DNA from: Chromera velia
Taxonomy: Eukaryota
Direction of reading: 5' to 3'
Assembly (NCBI GenBank): GCA_018398765.1
Contig: JAHBMJ010000442.1
Coordinates: 1-47,704, forward strand
Length of the DNA stretch: 47,704 nucleotides
Made by a program: the position numbers and the translations under genes. Under the pieces are notes generated by a model, which was given only the letters and a program-made list of their open reading frames with translations, did no database searches and was not told the DNA's origin. The first letter of the stretch is position 1. Every line of letters begins with the position of its first letter. Positions 19,900-32,571 of this stretch are shown here, in pieces.

Positions 19900-20818
19900 C
19901 ATCCGCACAGAGGGACAAGAAAGAGCGAACTTCTCCCTAAGATGTGTGATTGATTCCCCCTTGCTCTGTCTGACCTTGCAGAAGGATCCGGCGGGAGCGA
20001 CGGACCGGAACACGACAGGGAAGGGGAAGGGGAAGAGTGACCCCCTCAGCCCTTCCGAGTGGAAGCGCACGGGGATGTCCTACGAGGGGGTCAGGGGAGA
20101 TCCCTCAGCCCTGCTTTCTTCCTCGAAGTCTTCTTCTTCTTCGCCTAAGAAGGACTTGAAGGAGAAGGACATTGTGAAAGTCTCCGGGAGTCTCTCCATG
20201 GGTTCCTGTCTCTCCTTCTACCTGGAGCCTCTGGCAGTCATGGCGGGTCAGTCAGTCCTTCGTCGTTCGCTTGGTGGTTCCACCATTCAGCCGCTGAGTG
20301 AATTCGCAGACTGATGCTTTGTCTCTCCTTCGTTCTGTCTCTCTGTCTGTCTGTCTGTTCATGAAGAAAAGGAGGGAGGAGAAGAAGAAACATATAGTCT
20401 GTCTGTCTGTCTGTCTCTCTTTCTCACACACACGCACAGACACACGTTGATCTTGTTTTCTCTCAATTCCTTGGAACGATCATGGAGGAAGACCATCTTT
20501 TTGACGAGAGAGAGAGAGAGAGAGGGGGGNNNNNNNNNNNNNNNNNNNNNNNNNNNNNNNNNNNNNNNNNNNNNNNNNNNNNGGGGGGGGAGAGAGAGAG
20601 AAAGAGAGAGAGAGGGAGAGAGAGAGAGAGAGAACCTTCTCGATCTCTGTGAGGGTTCGTTCTTTGTTTTTCTTCTTCTTCTACAAACATAGAGGAAGGA
20701 TATGAGGCAGGTAGCTGCCGTGCCTGAAGGAAGGACTCGTTCCCTTCCCTTTATCTATCGGTCGATGGACAAGAAGCGCGTCGCAAGCTCTCCCCCTCTT
20801 TCTCTTTCTGTCTGTCCA

Positions 20819-20849
<31 letters not shown>

Positions 20850-21433
20850 GTTCGTTCAATTCTCTTTGCTCTTTCTTCTCTTTGCAGTTCCTGAAGAGGG
20901 CCAGAGAATGTTCCTGTGGAGTCCCACTCAGATGCCTGGGGACACACAGAGAGTAGTGGCCGACCTCCTCGGAGTCCCTTTTCGGGATGTGCAGCTGAAG
21001 GTAGGTAGGTAGTTGGATTGGTAGATAGGTGAAAGAGGGATACTGAATTTCTTTCTGAAATATTATTCAGGCCTACATGCGCATAAGCATAAACATCATG
21101 CGCACTCACTGTCTTACCTCCTCGAAAGAAAAAAGGGAAAAGGCAAAGGGGATTGGAGGAACTGTCTCTCCTTTTTTTTTCTCTCTCTCTCGCTCGTACC
21201 CACATACATCCTTTGGAACGCCACAGCGGAGAGGGGAATTTTCCCTCCCTCCATTTCTCCTCCTCCCCGAATCTTTCCCCTCCTCCCCGAAGCTTCTGTA
21301 TGCGTGAATCTTTCCTCCCCGAATCAGTCTTGTGGACACGCACTTCATGTGCACACACACATACACGAACACATAGACGTGCGCGTGCGGAAATGTCTGC
21401 TGACACCATGCAGAAAGATATGTTTGCAAAGCT

Positions 21434-21471
<38 letters not shown>

Positions 21472-23740
21472 ATTGATTGATCCATCCCCTCAGGTGAGGA
21501 GAATGGGAGGCGCTTTCGGTGCAAAGACTCTTCAGTCCGTTTTCCTTACGGCTGTCACAGCGAGAACTTCTCAAGTGACTGGGCGGCCTGTCCGCCTCTC
21601 TCTCAACCGGTCCGTTCGATCGTTTGTTTGTCAGTAAGAAGCTCGGTGGGTGAACTGTTTTTGCTCTCTCTGTTCACCTGGTGCTCCCACGTACCTCTGA
21701 GGAGTTTTCGGAGTGCACCTGATATGAAGGTTGAATGAATCGCTGAGCCTTATGAGGAGAAGAACTCGTTTCGCATATTTGGATCCCTTCATTCATTCAT
21801 TTATTCATTCATTCATTCACTCACTCACTCACTCACTCACTCACTCATTCACTCATTCATTCATTCATTCATTCATTCTCTCTGTCTGTTCTTCTTCTTT
21901 CCCTCTTTCCTTTCCGCTGCAGAAACGCCGACCTCGCCCTCCAGGGCGGCAGAGAAGAGTTTGAGGTCCAGTACTCGGCTGCCGTCGACAAGGAGGAAGG
22001 GAAGATCCTGGCCGTGGAGCTGCAGACTCTAGTCAACGGGGGGTATGCTCCGGGGCTCTGTATGGTGGCTGCTCAGGTAGGGTCTGGCTGTCGTGCTCGT
22101 TTTCGGTTTTGTGTGTCTCTTTTGTGAGTGGGAGGGCATGTTTTTTCGTTTCCGTCTCTTGTCCTCTCGATAGACTTCGGGACAAAGTCGTGGATGGACA
22201 TCCCCTTTCTCTCCCCATCTGTCAATTTTTTTTTTCTGCTGTCTCCCTGTCGAACAAAATGTTCGTCCATCTCCATAAAAGCACCAACCCACTTACCCAC
22301 CCATCCACGCACGCCCGCATGTACGGATGGATGGATGGACGCATCCACGCATCTATGCAGGTGATGGCCCAAATGGTCGACCAGGCTTGTTTTTTTAAGT
22401 AGATTTTTTAAAATGAAATATATTTATCAAGACACGTACTGATGTATGGATCCATCCATGCAGGTGATGGCCCAGATGGTCGACCAGGCTTACTTCTTCC
22501 CGAATTTCCGTGTGGGGGCCGAGCTCTGCCTCTCCCCCCTTGCTCCCCGGACGACCGTGAGGGGCCCCGGCCATTCCTTTGCCGCAGCAGCGATGGAGAC
22601 CGTGATGGATCACTGCGCGGCCGAGAGTGGTGTGTCGGCAGAGGAGTTGCGGTTACGCCATCTGTACGGGCAGACGGAGGGAGAGAGGCTGCTCGACCTC
22701 TACTCGTCGGGAGAAATCATGGCACCAGGTTGGTGGTTCGGTGGGTAGATGGGTTGGTTGATGGGTGGGTGGGTGCCTTGAAGGAGCCTGCAGGCACATG
22801 CACCGTTTTCATGCATTTTCCCCTAGCTCCGGTTCCTGCATACACGCGCACAACTATAATCGCGGTGGTCTCTTTCCTTTCCTGCGCGTGCTCTCTGCAG
22901 GCGACAAGCTCGGCCGTGCGATGACCCTAGGGTCCCTCTGGGAGCAGATGACAGAGCGGAGTGAGTGGAAGAGACGAGTGCGTGAGGTGGTGTCCTTCAA
23001 CAACCAGCACTCGTGGAGGAAGAGGGGGATCGCAATGACGGCCAGCAGGTAGACAGCTGGGAGGGGGGGGGAGTGCATGCATGGGTGTGTGTAGTTTTGG
23101 GGTGGATACATTAGCTGGAGTTGTTTGTGTCTTGTGTGTCAATTTGGGAGACATTATGAGTTCTTTTTTTTGGTGTGAGAACATGAATGACATGTTCTAT
23201 TGAATTGTATTCAAAGGACAAACCCATGGAGGAAGGCGACCGACAGGCTTGACTTAAACATTCGAGAGCAGATTCATTTGACGATCTACAGTTTCTGAGG
23301 ATGGCTCATTCATTCATTCATTCATTCATTCATTGTCGTTCAATCACATTTGTTTGTACGCGTTCCATGCCCCTGTGCTTGCTTGCTTGCTCGTTTTGTC
23401 TGTTGGAACGCCTGCGTGCTTGCCCATTATCTCTTCTCTTCTGGATGTTTGTTTGTTCGTTTGTGTGAAAAAAGGTACGACATGGAGGCCGGGAGCAAAG
23501 AGGCACAGGTGGTTGTGTACCCTGATGGGTCTGTGACTGTGCACACGGACGGGGTGGAGGTTGGACAGGGGCTGCAGGTAAGTGGGTGGGTGGGTGGGTG
23601 GGTGGGGGGCATGTGCGTGTGTTCCTTCTTCCTCTTTTCTTTTCTTTCCTTTTGTGTGGGTGTTTGGAATGCGCACGTGGTTCTTGGTGCGATGAAAAAT
23701 GGGTGTTTNNNNNNNNNNNNNNNNNNNNNNNNNNNNNNNN

Positions 23741-23771
<31 letters not shown>

Positions 23772-26700
23772 GTCCTTGAGAGAGAAGGAGATAGAAACGA
23801 GGAGGAGAGGAGAGGAGAAAGGAGTAGTTAGTCCACAAAGGGATGAGAAAAGGGACGGTGAGTGCTGTATTCATCGAGAGAGAGAGAGAGGGGGTTCTAG
23901 AAGGCTGAGGCACTTCCACTTCACTTGAACAGACGAGACCGAAGGGAACTGGGTTGCTGTGTCAAATGAGCCTGTCTGCGTACATCCATGTAACTGCAGG
24001 GTCTCTCTCACTTCATTCATGAACGGAGAAAATGGCAGTTCGGGGGGAAATTTAGACAACCACATGCAGAGACATACTCTTGCCCCGTGTCCATATCATG
24101 CGTGCACATGCATCTATGCATCCATGCATGCATGCAGGTGAAGTGTCTCCAAGCAGCAGCGGACGCTCTGTCCGAGGTCTTTCAAGAAGAAATTGAAAAG
24201 GGGGGGAAGGAGAAGGAGAAGGAGGTCTTGAGGCTTCCCGTCGATCTTTTCCGAGTCGCCGAGCTTGACTCGTCAGTTTCTTTCTTCATCGGCAGGCAGG
24301 CAGAAAGGCAGGCAGAATGCGGAATGAATGCGGCACGATAAAGGGGATGCGGAACATGTGAAAAGGTGTTTTGCAAGGTGGAGACCTGAACGGAATCAAT
24401 CAGTCAACAACATTTTGTATCCTCGTTCAGCCGTTTTCTTTTCTGTTGTCGCTCCCGTTGCAGCCTGTTGTGACGGTGTATGTTTCTCTCGGTGTCTTCA
24501 TCTGCTCGCGTCTCTCATTTTGAATTGAGTGAGAGAGATAGACAGACAGGCAGACAGACAGAACGCAGAAGCAGGTGTGACGAGACCTCCTCCTTTTCTC
24601 TCTATCGGTCCGTCGGCATCTCTCTCTCTGTGTACACACGACGAATGTCGGAGACGCAAAGTTGTCTTTTGATCATCCTGCACGCGCGTCTGAGTTGCAG
24701 GAATGACTCTGTTGCCCAGAGCTGCCAAGAACATTTTCATTCAAACAGCCGTGAGAAAATTTCTCCAAATATTATTGCTGGCATGTATGTGATGTTGCCT
24801 GCAGGACGGTGTTGCCGAACGCCGGCGTGACTGGGGGGAGCACGACCTCGGAGCTCTGTTGCCAGGCTGTGCGCTCAGCCTGCCGCAACCTGGTCAAGGG
24901 CGCTCTGGCAGAAAGAAAGCAGAAGGTGAACTTGGAGACCGGTCAGTCCCTCCACGTGACGGTGTGATTTTATTTTCATACAGAATTCTGCATGCATTTA
25001 TTTTCATACAGAATTCTGCATACATTTGTCACATACAACGCATGCGGAGACCGGTCAGTCCCTCCCCGTGACAGTACGAAGCCTAAAGCCCTGTTGGCAT
25101 GAACAGAAGGAAAATACACAAAGAAAGAACAGCTGGGCACTGTCCGTTCTCTTCTGTGAGGAAGGCAGATAGATGGCGGCTTATTGTCTAATTTTGAGGT
25201 TTTTCCCGTGGTACCTCAAAGGGAATTATGGGAAGGAGTTCATGCATGACGGATCTATTTCTGACGATAATGGATGGATGGATGCATGGATAGAGCACCA
25301 AGGAAGGGGCTTGGGTTGAGATTTTCGAGAACCGGCTGAAAGAGAGTGAGAACAAAAAAAAACGTCTCAACATTAACCGATGAGCTAGACAGGAAAACCT
25401 TCATCTGTGTAGTAACTACTTTTGGTTCAAGAGAAGGAGGGCTAATTCGGCCTGTATGGTCGGTCGTGCCTAGGTTATGCCGTGTCCCCCCCCCCTCTTG
25501 GTCCAAAGTTTGTCTCTTGAGAGACTCGCTTGGACGAGTAAAGTCACTTGCATGCAAATGGAGTCATGAGAGTTCCGTGCGTGAACCTGCATGTGCACAC
25601 ACACCTGCCTGCACTGACGTGAGAGAACTCTCTCTGCCAGGCAGGCAGGGAGGGAAGGGAACGGTGAGGTTATGTGAGAGCGGAGAGAGATGAGTGAGGG
25701 TCTGCAGTCATCTGCTCTCTCGCAGCTTGTCTCACCTTCACCACCGTCATCAACGCACTCGATCACACATTTATCCGTAATATCCATGATACTTATGCGT
25801 GGTGTGTATGTGCACCTGCATGTCTCTGTATGCAGCGCTCAGAGAAGAGAGCGGTGCATGCATTCACAGAAAAAGAATCCTGTATCCAAGTGAATGTGTG
25901 TGTGTACACCTGCATGTCTCTCTGTATGCAGCGCTACAAGAGAGCGGTTCTCCAGAGGAACGCGCGCGGCGCCTGTGGAAGAAAATTGTCGCCCAGAAGG
26001 GGGAGGCGCCTCTCTCGGCTGTGGCTGTGGGAAAACAAGATGGTAAGTTAGTGCATGCGTGCGTCATTTTTGCTAGCTGAAATTATGCTGTTTTGTCTGT
26101 TTTTCATGTCACTTTCCTGTATCGTTACTGCAGGAGCAAATAGGCAGCTAGGGCGGTGAGAGAGAGCATCGGTGTGCTAAATAGGTGCCTGCTGAGAACA
26201 AGACAGGGAAGGCAAAAAAAGAGAGGAGCAACACATGAGAAAGGATGAGGGGAGTCAGGCTGATAAATAAAACTGCACACAGAGAGAAAAAACGACCTGA
26301 TCAAACGAAATGAACAAAAGAAAAAACATGGATGGATATTTGAACCTTGCAGCACTCCGGCCTCGTGTCCCCAGAATAGACAGATAAAATTTTACTCAAA
26401 CGGACGGGGCGACTGCGGGCGGGGGGGAGGGGGGGGTGAATCTGTCTTATGAATTCAAATGAGTTTACAGCAGTACACATGTGCGTCAGTTAGTGAGTGA
26501 GGGAGTGAGTTGAGTGAGTGAATGAGTGCAGCGAAGTACCAAACGTGGAGCGTCGCCGTGACAGAGGTGGAGGTGGACGCGACAACGGGGGAGAAGAGAA
26601 TTCTTCGGTCGGTCGGTGGATTGGCTGTTGGGTCTGTCGATTGGGGCTTCTGTCAGGCTGTCAGACCCTCGTCTGTCTGAGGATGTTACCGTTCCGGGTA

Positions 26701-27534
26701 GTTGGGCCATCTGCGTGATCCTTCTTTCCTTTTTTTCTCTCCATGTTTCTTGCTTTGTGTTTTCCTTTCTTTCGTCCACGCAGACGTTTCTTCCGTTAGT
26801 CTTTCTTTCCCTTTCCTCATTCTCTCCCACGTTTTCTGTGGATGCTTGCGTTTTCTATTTCTCTCTCTGTGTGCACACATACGTGTACACGCATGCAGAA
26901 GCGATCTGTTGATTGACCTCGGGAGGGCTGTGAATCCTCTCATCGATATTGGGCAGTCAGAGGGCAGCTTCATTCAGGTCAGTCACTTTCCGTGTGGGTT
27001 TGTGTGTGAGCATGTTTGTGTGAGAGGGGGGGGGGCGGTTCAAGTCTCTGGAAGAATATTGCGGATGGATTTTTTGTATCCGCCCAGCTTTGGCGTAAAG
27101 GACGAGGTGTTTGCTTGTGTGTGTAACTTGTGTATGGATTTGCATGTATGCACGCAAGCCTCAAATCCGTTCTTTGTTTGGTGTTTGATGACTCGGCATG
27201 TGTTGGGGGGGGGGAGGGAGAGCCGGCAGGACGCCTCTCATCTCATCAGTAATGGCTGGCGGGGTGGTGAATTTTGAACTTTCTGCTGATCATGTCTGCC
27301 TTCCTGTCTGCCTGCAGGGTTTGGGTCTGTTCAGCCAGGAGGAAGTCGAACATCGTGATGTGGGAGAGACTTCTGAGGGGGGCGGGGGGGGAGGGGGGTC
27401 GCTGGTGAACGATGGTACATGGGAGTATAAACCCATGCTGGCTTGTGATGTGCCCAGGTCTGTCTGTCTGTTTGTCTTTTTGGTTGTATTTCTAATTGTC
27501 TGCAAGAATGAATGCAGATTTCAATGGGGACTCG

Positions 27535-27581
<47 letters not shown>

Positions 27582-28910
27582 CTCCCTCCCGCCACGCTAC
27601 TCCTGTGTATGTGCGCTCGCTCGCACGCATTTGTGTTCTTTTGACTTGTGAGAGAGTCTTTTCGTTGAGTGTTCCCCTGCATCCCTCCCTCCCTCCCTCC
27701 CTCCCTGTCTTTCCCTCCTCTGCCTGCCTGCGTGGCTGCGTACAGAGAGCTGAACGTTCAATTGCTGGGAGACGCGACCAATCCGGGGGCCTTCGGTGGC
27801 AGCAAGGCTTCGGGTAAGGGCAACTTGATCTTGGGTGGCTTTGTTTGTTTGTTTGTTTCCTTCTTTCTTTCGTTCTTTCTTTCTTTTTTGTACTCACTCA
27901 CTCGCCTTGTCGTCTGCGTCTTTGGTTTGTGTGTTCTTATCACTGGGTGTATGCACCCCTCTTTCTTTTCCGCTTTTTCTCATTTTTTAGTTTCATTTTT
28001 TTTTCTTTCCTTCTGCTCTTGTTTATGTGCCCTGCTTCTCTGGTTGAATCACAAACAACACACCCCGGGAGTTCTCCTTCCTCCCTTCCCTTGCGCGAGT
28101 TAGTTGAATGACGCACGCACGATCCTCGAGAGCTGAGGAACACGCAGAGCCCCATGCAGGCACAAAACGAATTTCTTCATACGGACTTATGTCCATTCTA
28201 TGCATGCACGGCAGAAATTAAAGGAAGGAAGTCCTTTTCTTTCCAGCTTTCTTTCCCCTTGATGCATGCGGTGCCTCTCCTTTCCTTTCCTTTCCTGAGC
28301 CCTGCGGGATCGGATGCTTTCTTTGAGGTTGAGGGGCGGTGAGAACCCTTTCGCTTCCGTTCTCTCGTTTCGGCACGTGCACCGAACTTCGCCCTGTCTC
28401 CTCTCTTGTTGTGTTGTGTAGCATGTGTGTGAGTATCTAAATGTATGTGTGTTACAAAGCCGCGTGTGCAAAGAAAAAAAGGTGAAAAATGCGTTTCCAA
28501 CCGGCTCCATTAACACAAGGAGTAGTGCGTTCCACTTATGGCTGCAAAACGACATCCGATTGAATTGCCAACATGCACAGACGGACACACGTACGGTGAC
28601 TGACTTCCTGGCACGGGGGATTTTTTCTTCACTTCCGGGCGCAATCCGCGCGCAAAACGCGCGCACTCACTTGTATACGTGTATATGTGTATGTCTGTGT
28701 GCTTATGTGTGCGTGAAAATTGTCGTTGCATGACTGCGTGCAGGAGAGCCTCCACTCTCCCTGGCGGCCTCTTTCCTGAGCGCTCTGCGGAGGGCGGTGG
28801 TGGCGGCTCGCCAGGAACTGCACGGGGGTTTGTGGTCTCAAATGAAGTTCCCTCTCGTCCGGACTCCCGTCACACCCTCGGTGCTCCTCGCAGCCATCCA
28901 TGGAGAGTGA
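9513..28910 (+). CDS. Aldehyde oxidase / xanthine dehydrogenase family molybdo-flavoenzyme (2x[2Fe-2S], FAD, Moco domains), roughly 34 exons; aldehyde-oxidase-like
   Basis: Spliced motifs in order: LVFWVNG...KVSCGEG|GCGACSV (9513-9711, 10517-10668); HPVHKKIAEFGGLQ|CGYCTPGM...DNNICR|CTGYRPL (11111-11299, 12157-12320, 12770-); VRNSATVG|GNL...FQSD (14997-, 15270-); ELASGEA|RYL; FYLEP (about 20217); VRRMGGAFGAK (21494-); TTVRGPG (about 22551); DGSVTVHTDGVEVGQGL (23474-23577); TGGSTTSE (about 24830); NPLIDIGQSEGSFIQ|GLG (26899-26977, 27318-); GTWEYKP; SKASG|EPP (27747-27813, 28744-). Stop TGA at 28908-28910. Some internal exon boundaries are approximate. Confidence 0.92.
11451..11744. other. Assembly gap (N run) in an intron; smaller gaps at 20530-20581 and 23709-23740
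   Basis: Runs of N flanked by microsatellites or G runs. Confidence 0.99.
12393..12592. repeat. Intronic minisatellite, 41-bp unit x about 4.9
   Basis: Unit TTCTTTCGGAGCAAAATGGCTGGGAAAACAAAGAAAGTGTT; GGAGC recurs at 12401, 12442, 12483, 12524 and 12565. Copies are identical and have no spacers. Confidence 0.95.
24934..25072. repeat. Direct duplication of an exon/donor junction around two palindrome half-arms
   Basis: GGAGACCGGTCAGTCCCTCC(A/C)CGTGAC at 24934-24960 and 25046-25072. The spacer contains TTTATTTTCATACAGAATTCTGCA twice. Confidence 0.85.
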
Positions 28911-29791
28911 TTGATGGATGGTGGCGGTTGGATGAGGGTGAGAGAGGGAGAGGGAGGAGAAGAGAAGGGCAGAGAGAGAGAGAGAGAGGGAGAGCGAGAA
29001 CGGATCAACCTGAACTCATGGACGGCTGGACGGAGAGGAAGTGCTTTCTTCTTCCTTCCCTTCTTTCCTTCCTGTTTCTCTTTCTTGTGTCCTTTCGACA
29101 TCGATATGTTCATTTTCTGATTCTTTTTATTCACGGTTTTTCGTTTGACAGAGGGAAAAGGGAAAATAGTGGAAAACCGAAGAAAGAGGGTGGTGGAAAA
29201 TTGTTTGCTTGTCCTCTTGGTGTTGTGTTTGACGGTAGAGAGTGCTTTCGATTTTCTTCGATTCTTTTGTTCTTGCATTTTTCTGTTTACCGATCCTCCC
29301 ATCTTTTGCCTTGACGTGTTTCTTCGCCTGCCGGCGCCCCCTCCCTTCAGTTTGATTTCCCCCCCCCCCTCTGCTTTCGTTTTTGTGAAACGGTGGGACG
29401 AGAAAAAAAGGAAGGAAGGGAGGAAGGAAGGAAGGAAGGAAGAGAGAGGTTGCGTGTTCCTCCACCGACAAGAGAAAACTGCCCCCGTGGTGCTTTCCCC
29501 GTCTGTGTCTATGTGGGAGATCATGCGGACTACCATGTTATGGGTGCCTGGAACAAAAATAATGTCACCATAGATCAGTTTGATGGAGCAGAACTCTATT
29601 CCTTCCTTTGTACCTGGGCCAAGTTTGTCCTTTTTTTCTGATGTGTGTAGAGACATGCATGCAGCCTCCTTCTTGACCTTCAAACGAAACTCCCTGCTAC
29701 TCCGCGCAGTAGGAGGGAGGGTATTCATCTGTCTGTCTGTCTGTCTGTCTGCATATTTGCTTGCTGAAAAAACGATTTTTCGTTTTTTGAA

Positions 29792-29822
<31 letters not shown>

Positions 29823-30859
29823 GAGCGATGGGGGTCGATGGGTTTCAGATTTTTTTCCCTCCCTTTCTTTTCTTATTGCACGCGCGGGGTGGTTGGAATC
29901 TCTGTCCGTCTGTCTGGTGAGCAGTCACACACACGCACGGACACACATCTACGCACACACACACGCGCGCGCGTTTGCGCATCCTTTCCATCAATGCGGG
30001 AGGTCAAAAGAAGAGATCCAACCAGAAGGGAGGGTTTTGCTCTTTGATGTGTGCAACTGAAAAAGGGAAACCCCACAAGAAGAAAGAAGGCTGAAAACGA
30101 ACCTCGGAGGGAAGGACGTTAAACGAACGGACAAGAAAGGAAACGAACACGTCCAGATGGAAAGAATGCGCAAGTGGAAGAGGATAAGCCTGCACTGGAC
30201 AAGGAAAGGCCGCAGGGTACGCTTAAGGCCTGGAGCTCTGGTACCCTTCCACTGAGAGCGCGCCAAAAGAAAAGAACAAAACAGAAGAGAATGAAAGGTT
30301 CTGTTCGTCTGCCTGCTGCCTGTCTGCCTGTCTCTCGGTCTGTCTGTCTGTCTTCTGACAGAAAGGAAGAGAAAAGGAAACAAAAGACGATACAGTCTGG
30401 CTGGTGGTGTGCAGTGGACTTTCATTTGCCTGGGCTGAGGTGGGGAAGAATTCGAAAGTCGATGTATCAATATGCGTGTCGAGTGAGGGCGGGGAGAGAC
30501 ACTGCTGGGTTGCGGTCGTTTGGGCCAGGCTGCCTTTGCGGGTACTCGGAGAGACCCTAGTGGTCCTCTCGTCAGTCAGACGTCTTTGTTTGTTTGTTTG
30601 TTTGATGGATGTATGCAGAGGAAGGAGGCGAGGGACCCTCGGGGAAGGGGTGGAAGAGTGAGCGTTTCGTTTGGCATCCAAAAGAAAACATCGAGAGAAA
30701 GGGGAGAAATGTGAGTTCAGTCAGTCAAAAGGTATGGACAGGCAGGCAGGCAAGAATTAAGGTTGATGGGAGAAATAAGGTGAGAGGAAAAAGAGGGAGG
30801 ACTTCTGTGTATCGGGTGACGATCTCTCTTTGCCTCTTCCTCCAACCCCGTCAGATCTC

Positions 30860-30942
<83 letters not shown>

Positions 30943-32340
30943 ATCTCCCTCTCTCCCCCCCCCTCTCTTTCTGTTTCTGTCTTTCTCTCTTTCTGTGCTC
31001 TCCCTCCCTTTTGCCTTCCTTTTTTGATCACGTATGCGTTTATGACTGGCCAGAAATCTGCGTGGGCGCTCGTTCCTTTAAATTTTCTTGGCAACATCCG
31101 TACGATATATTCTCCTTTCTTTGCATCGTAATGATGACTTGATTGCTTCGTGAAAATCGTGACATTCTTTTTTTGTCAGAACTTCCTTCCGTTTCGTTTT
31201 TGTTGGACGAAACATTAACATTGAAATTGACTGTCGGGGGATGTCTTGGTGGGAAAATGTCATCTTGTCTGTCAGTCTGTCAGTTAGTCAATCACGGAAG
31301 GCCTGCAGAGGTGAAGAAAAAGACTAGTCAGACAAGAAAAGTCAAGAAAGGAAGTAAGAGGCGGGTTTCAAGAAAAAAACGGGGGGGGATAGCAAGAAAA
31401 AGGAGACACCAAGGGAGAGATTTAAGGAGCCGGTTGTTGGTGCCGTGCGGCATAGAGAAAGAAAGCGTCAGGAGATCTGGTGAATTTGTCATTGAAGACT
31501 AGCACTGGCAGTACACGGCACTCTGCCTGGGCTTCTTTGAATTTCACTGCCCCATCTATACACTATGCTTTCGGGTCGTTTGAAGCGTCCCTGTTGAATT
31601 CATGCGCAGAAATATTCTGCAGCCTGTTTTTTCTGTCTCGGCACTCTCCCCTTATCCTTCTTGGGGAGAGTTGTACTGTACACACACCGAAATCCTGATC
31701 ATCTGTAGCTCTCTGCATATGTGTGTTGGCAAAAAGGCAACAGGATGGACCATCACATTGCACCTTCGCTTGACACGCTTGTACACCCTTGTAAAGTGCA
31801 TGTCAGTGTATAATGCGTAAAAGGCTAATGAAATGAACACAATTAATTCAAAGTACTTAAGTTTAATTTCTTGATTTTATTCATTTCAAATGTTATGTAA
31901 CGTTTTTTCAGAAACCACACGCCGGCGTGTACATATAATTGAACAATTTGAACTTAAATTTATATTTTAAACCTGGTATCACTCTAAACTACCTGATACT
32001 AATCAATACTCAAATCTAGTTATATTTCATTCATTCATTTGTTTCCTAGTACTTAACAACGGGGTTTATGAAAAACTCTGTTTAACATTGATATGTTTCA
32101 CGTTTAATTTGATTACTGATATCATTTATTTTCAGTGAATGGATAGAATAGGATTAAATGTTTAGGGTGGTTCCTCGTACTTCGCAGTCTTGGCTGCCGG
32201 TTCATTGCCGGGCCTAATGCCAGGCCTAGCCGGTATTAGCCGGGCGGCCCGGGCCTCGCCTAAAAATCCCTTGACTTGCACTATCAGCTAGATCATCAGT
32301 CAATTAGGATTAGGATTAATGTCCAGAAGATTGGCCTCCA

Positions 32341-32571
32341 ACCTCCCTGAACCTAAGTGCCACTTGAAAAAAATAATCAAGATCATCTCTATCTGCGGCA
32401 TCTTTTTTCAAGAAACCGTCCATGTTTGTGGTGTAGATGGTCAAGACACCGTCCAGATATGCGGTTTTGGCTTTCAAGACACCATAAATGATCTACGCCT
32501 GCGGCGCGGACTTTCAAGCTTATCCAAAAATGCGGCCTGAACTTTTAAGTGGTAGTTAGGTTCAGGAAGGT
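32341..32571. repeat. Small inverted-repeat-flanked element with an internal ~33-bp imperfect array
   Basis: ACCTCCCTGAACCTAAGTGCCACTTGAAAA (32341-32370) is an imperfect inverted repeat of TTTTAAGTGGTAGTTAGGTTCAGGAAGGT (32543-32571). TCAAG recurs at 32377, 32408, 32441, 32474 and 32514, each followed by a TG(C/T)GG motif. Confidence 0.55.

Noticed and set aside
28911..31800. Possible additional minus-strand gene (complex patches at about 29480-29615 and 30380-30560)
   Set aside because: I could not build a consistent spliced frame or recognise any motif. RNA-seq is needed, and a gene is not excluded.
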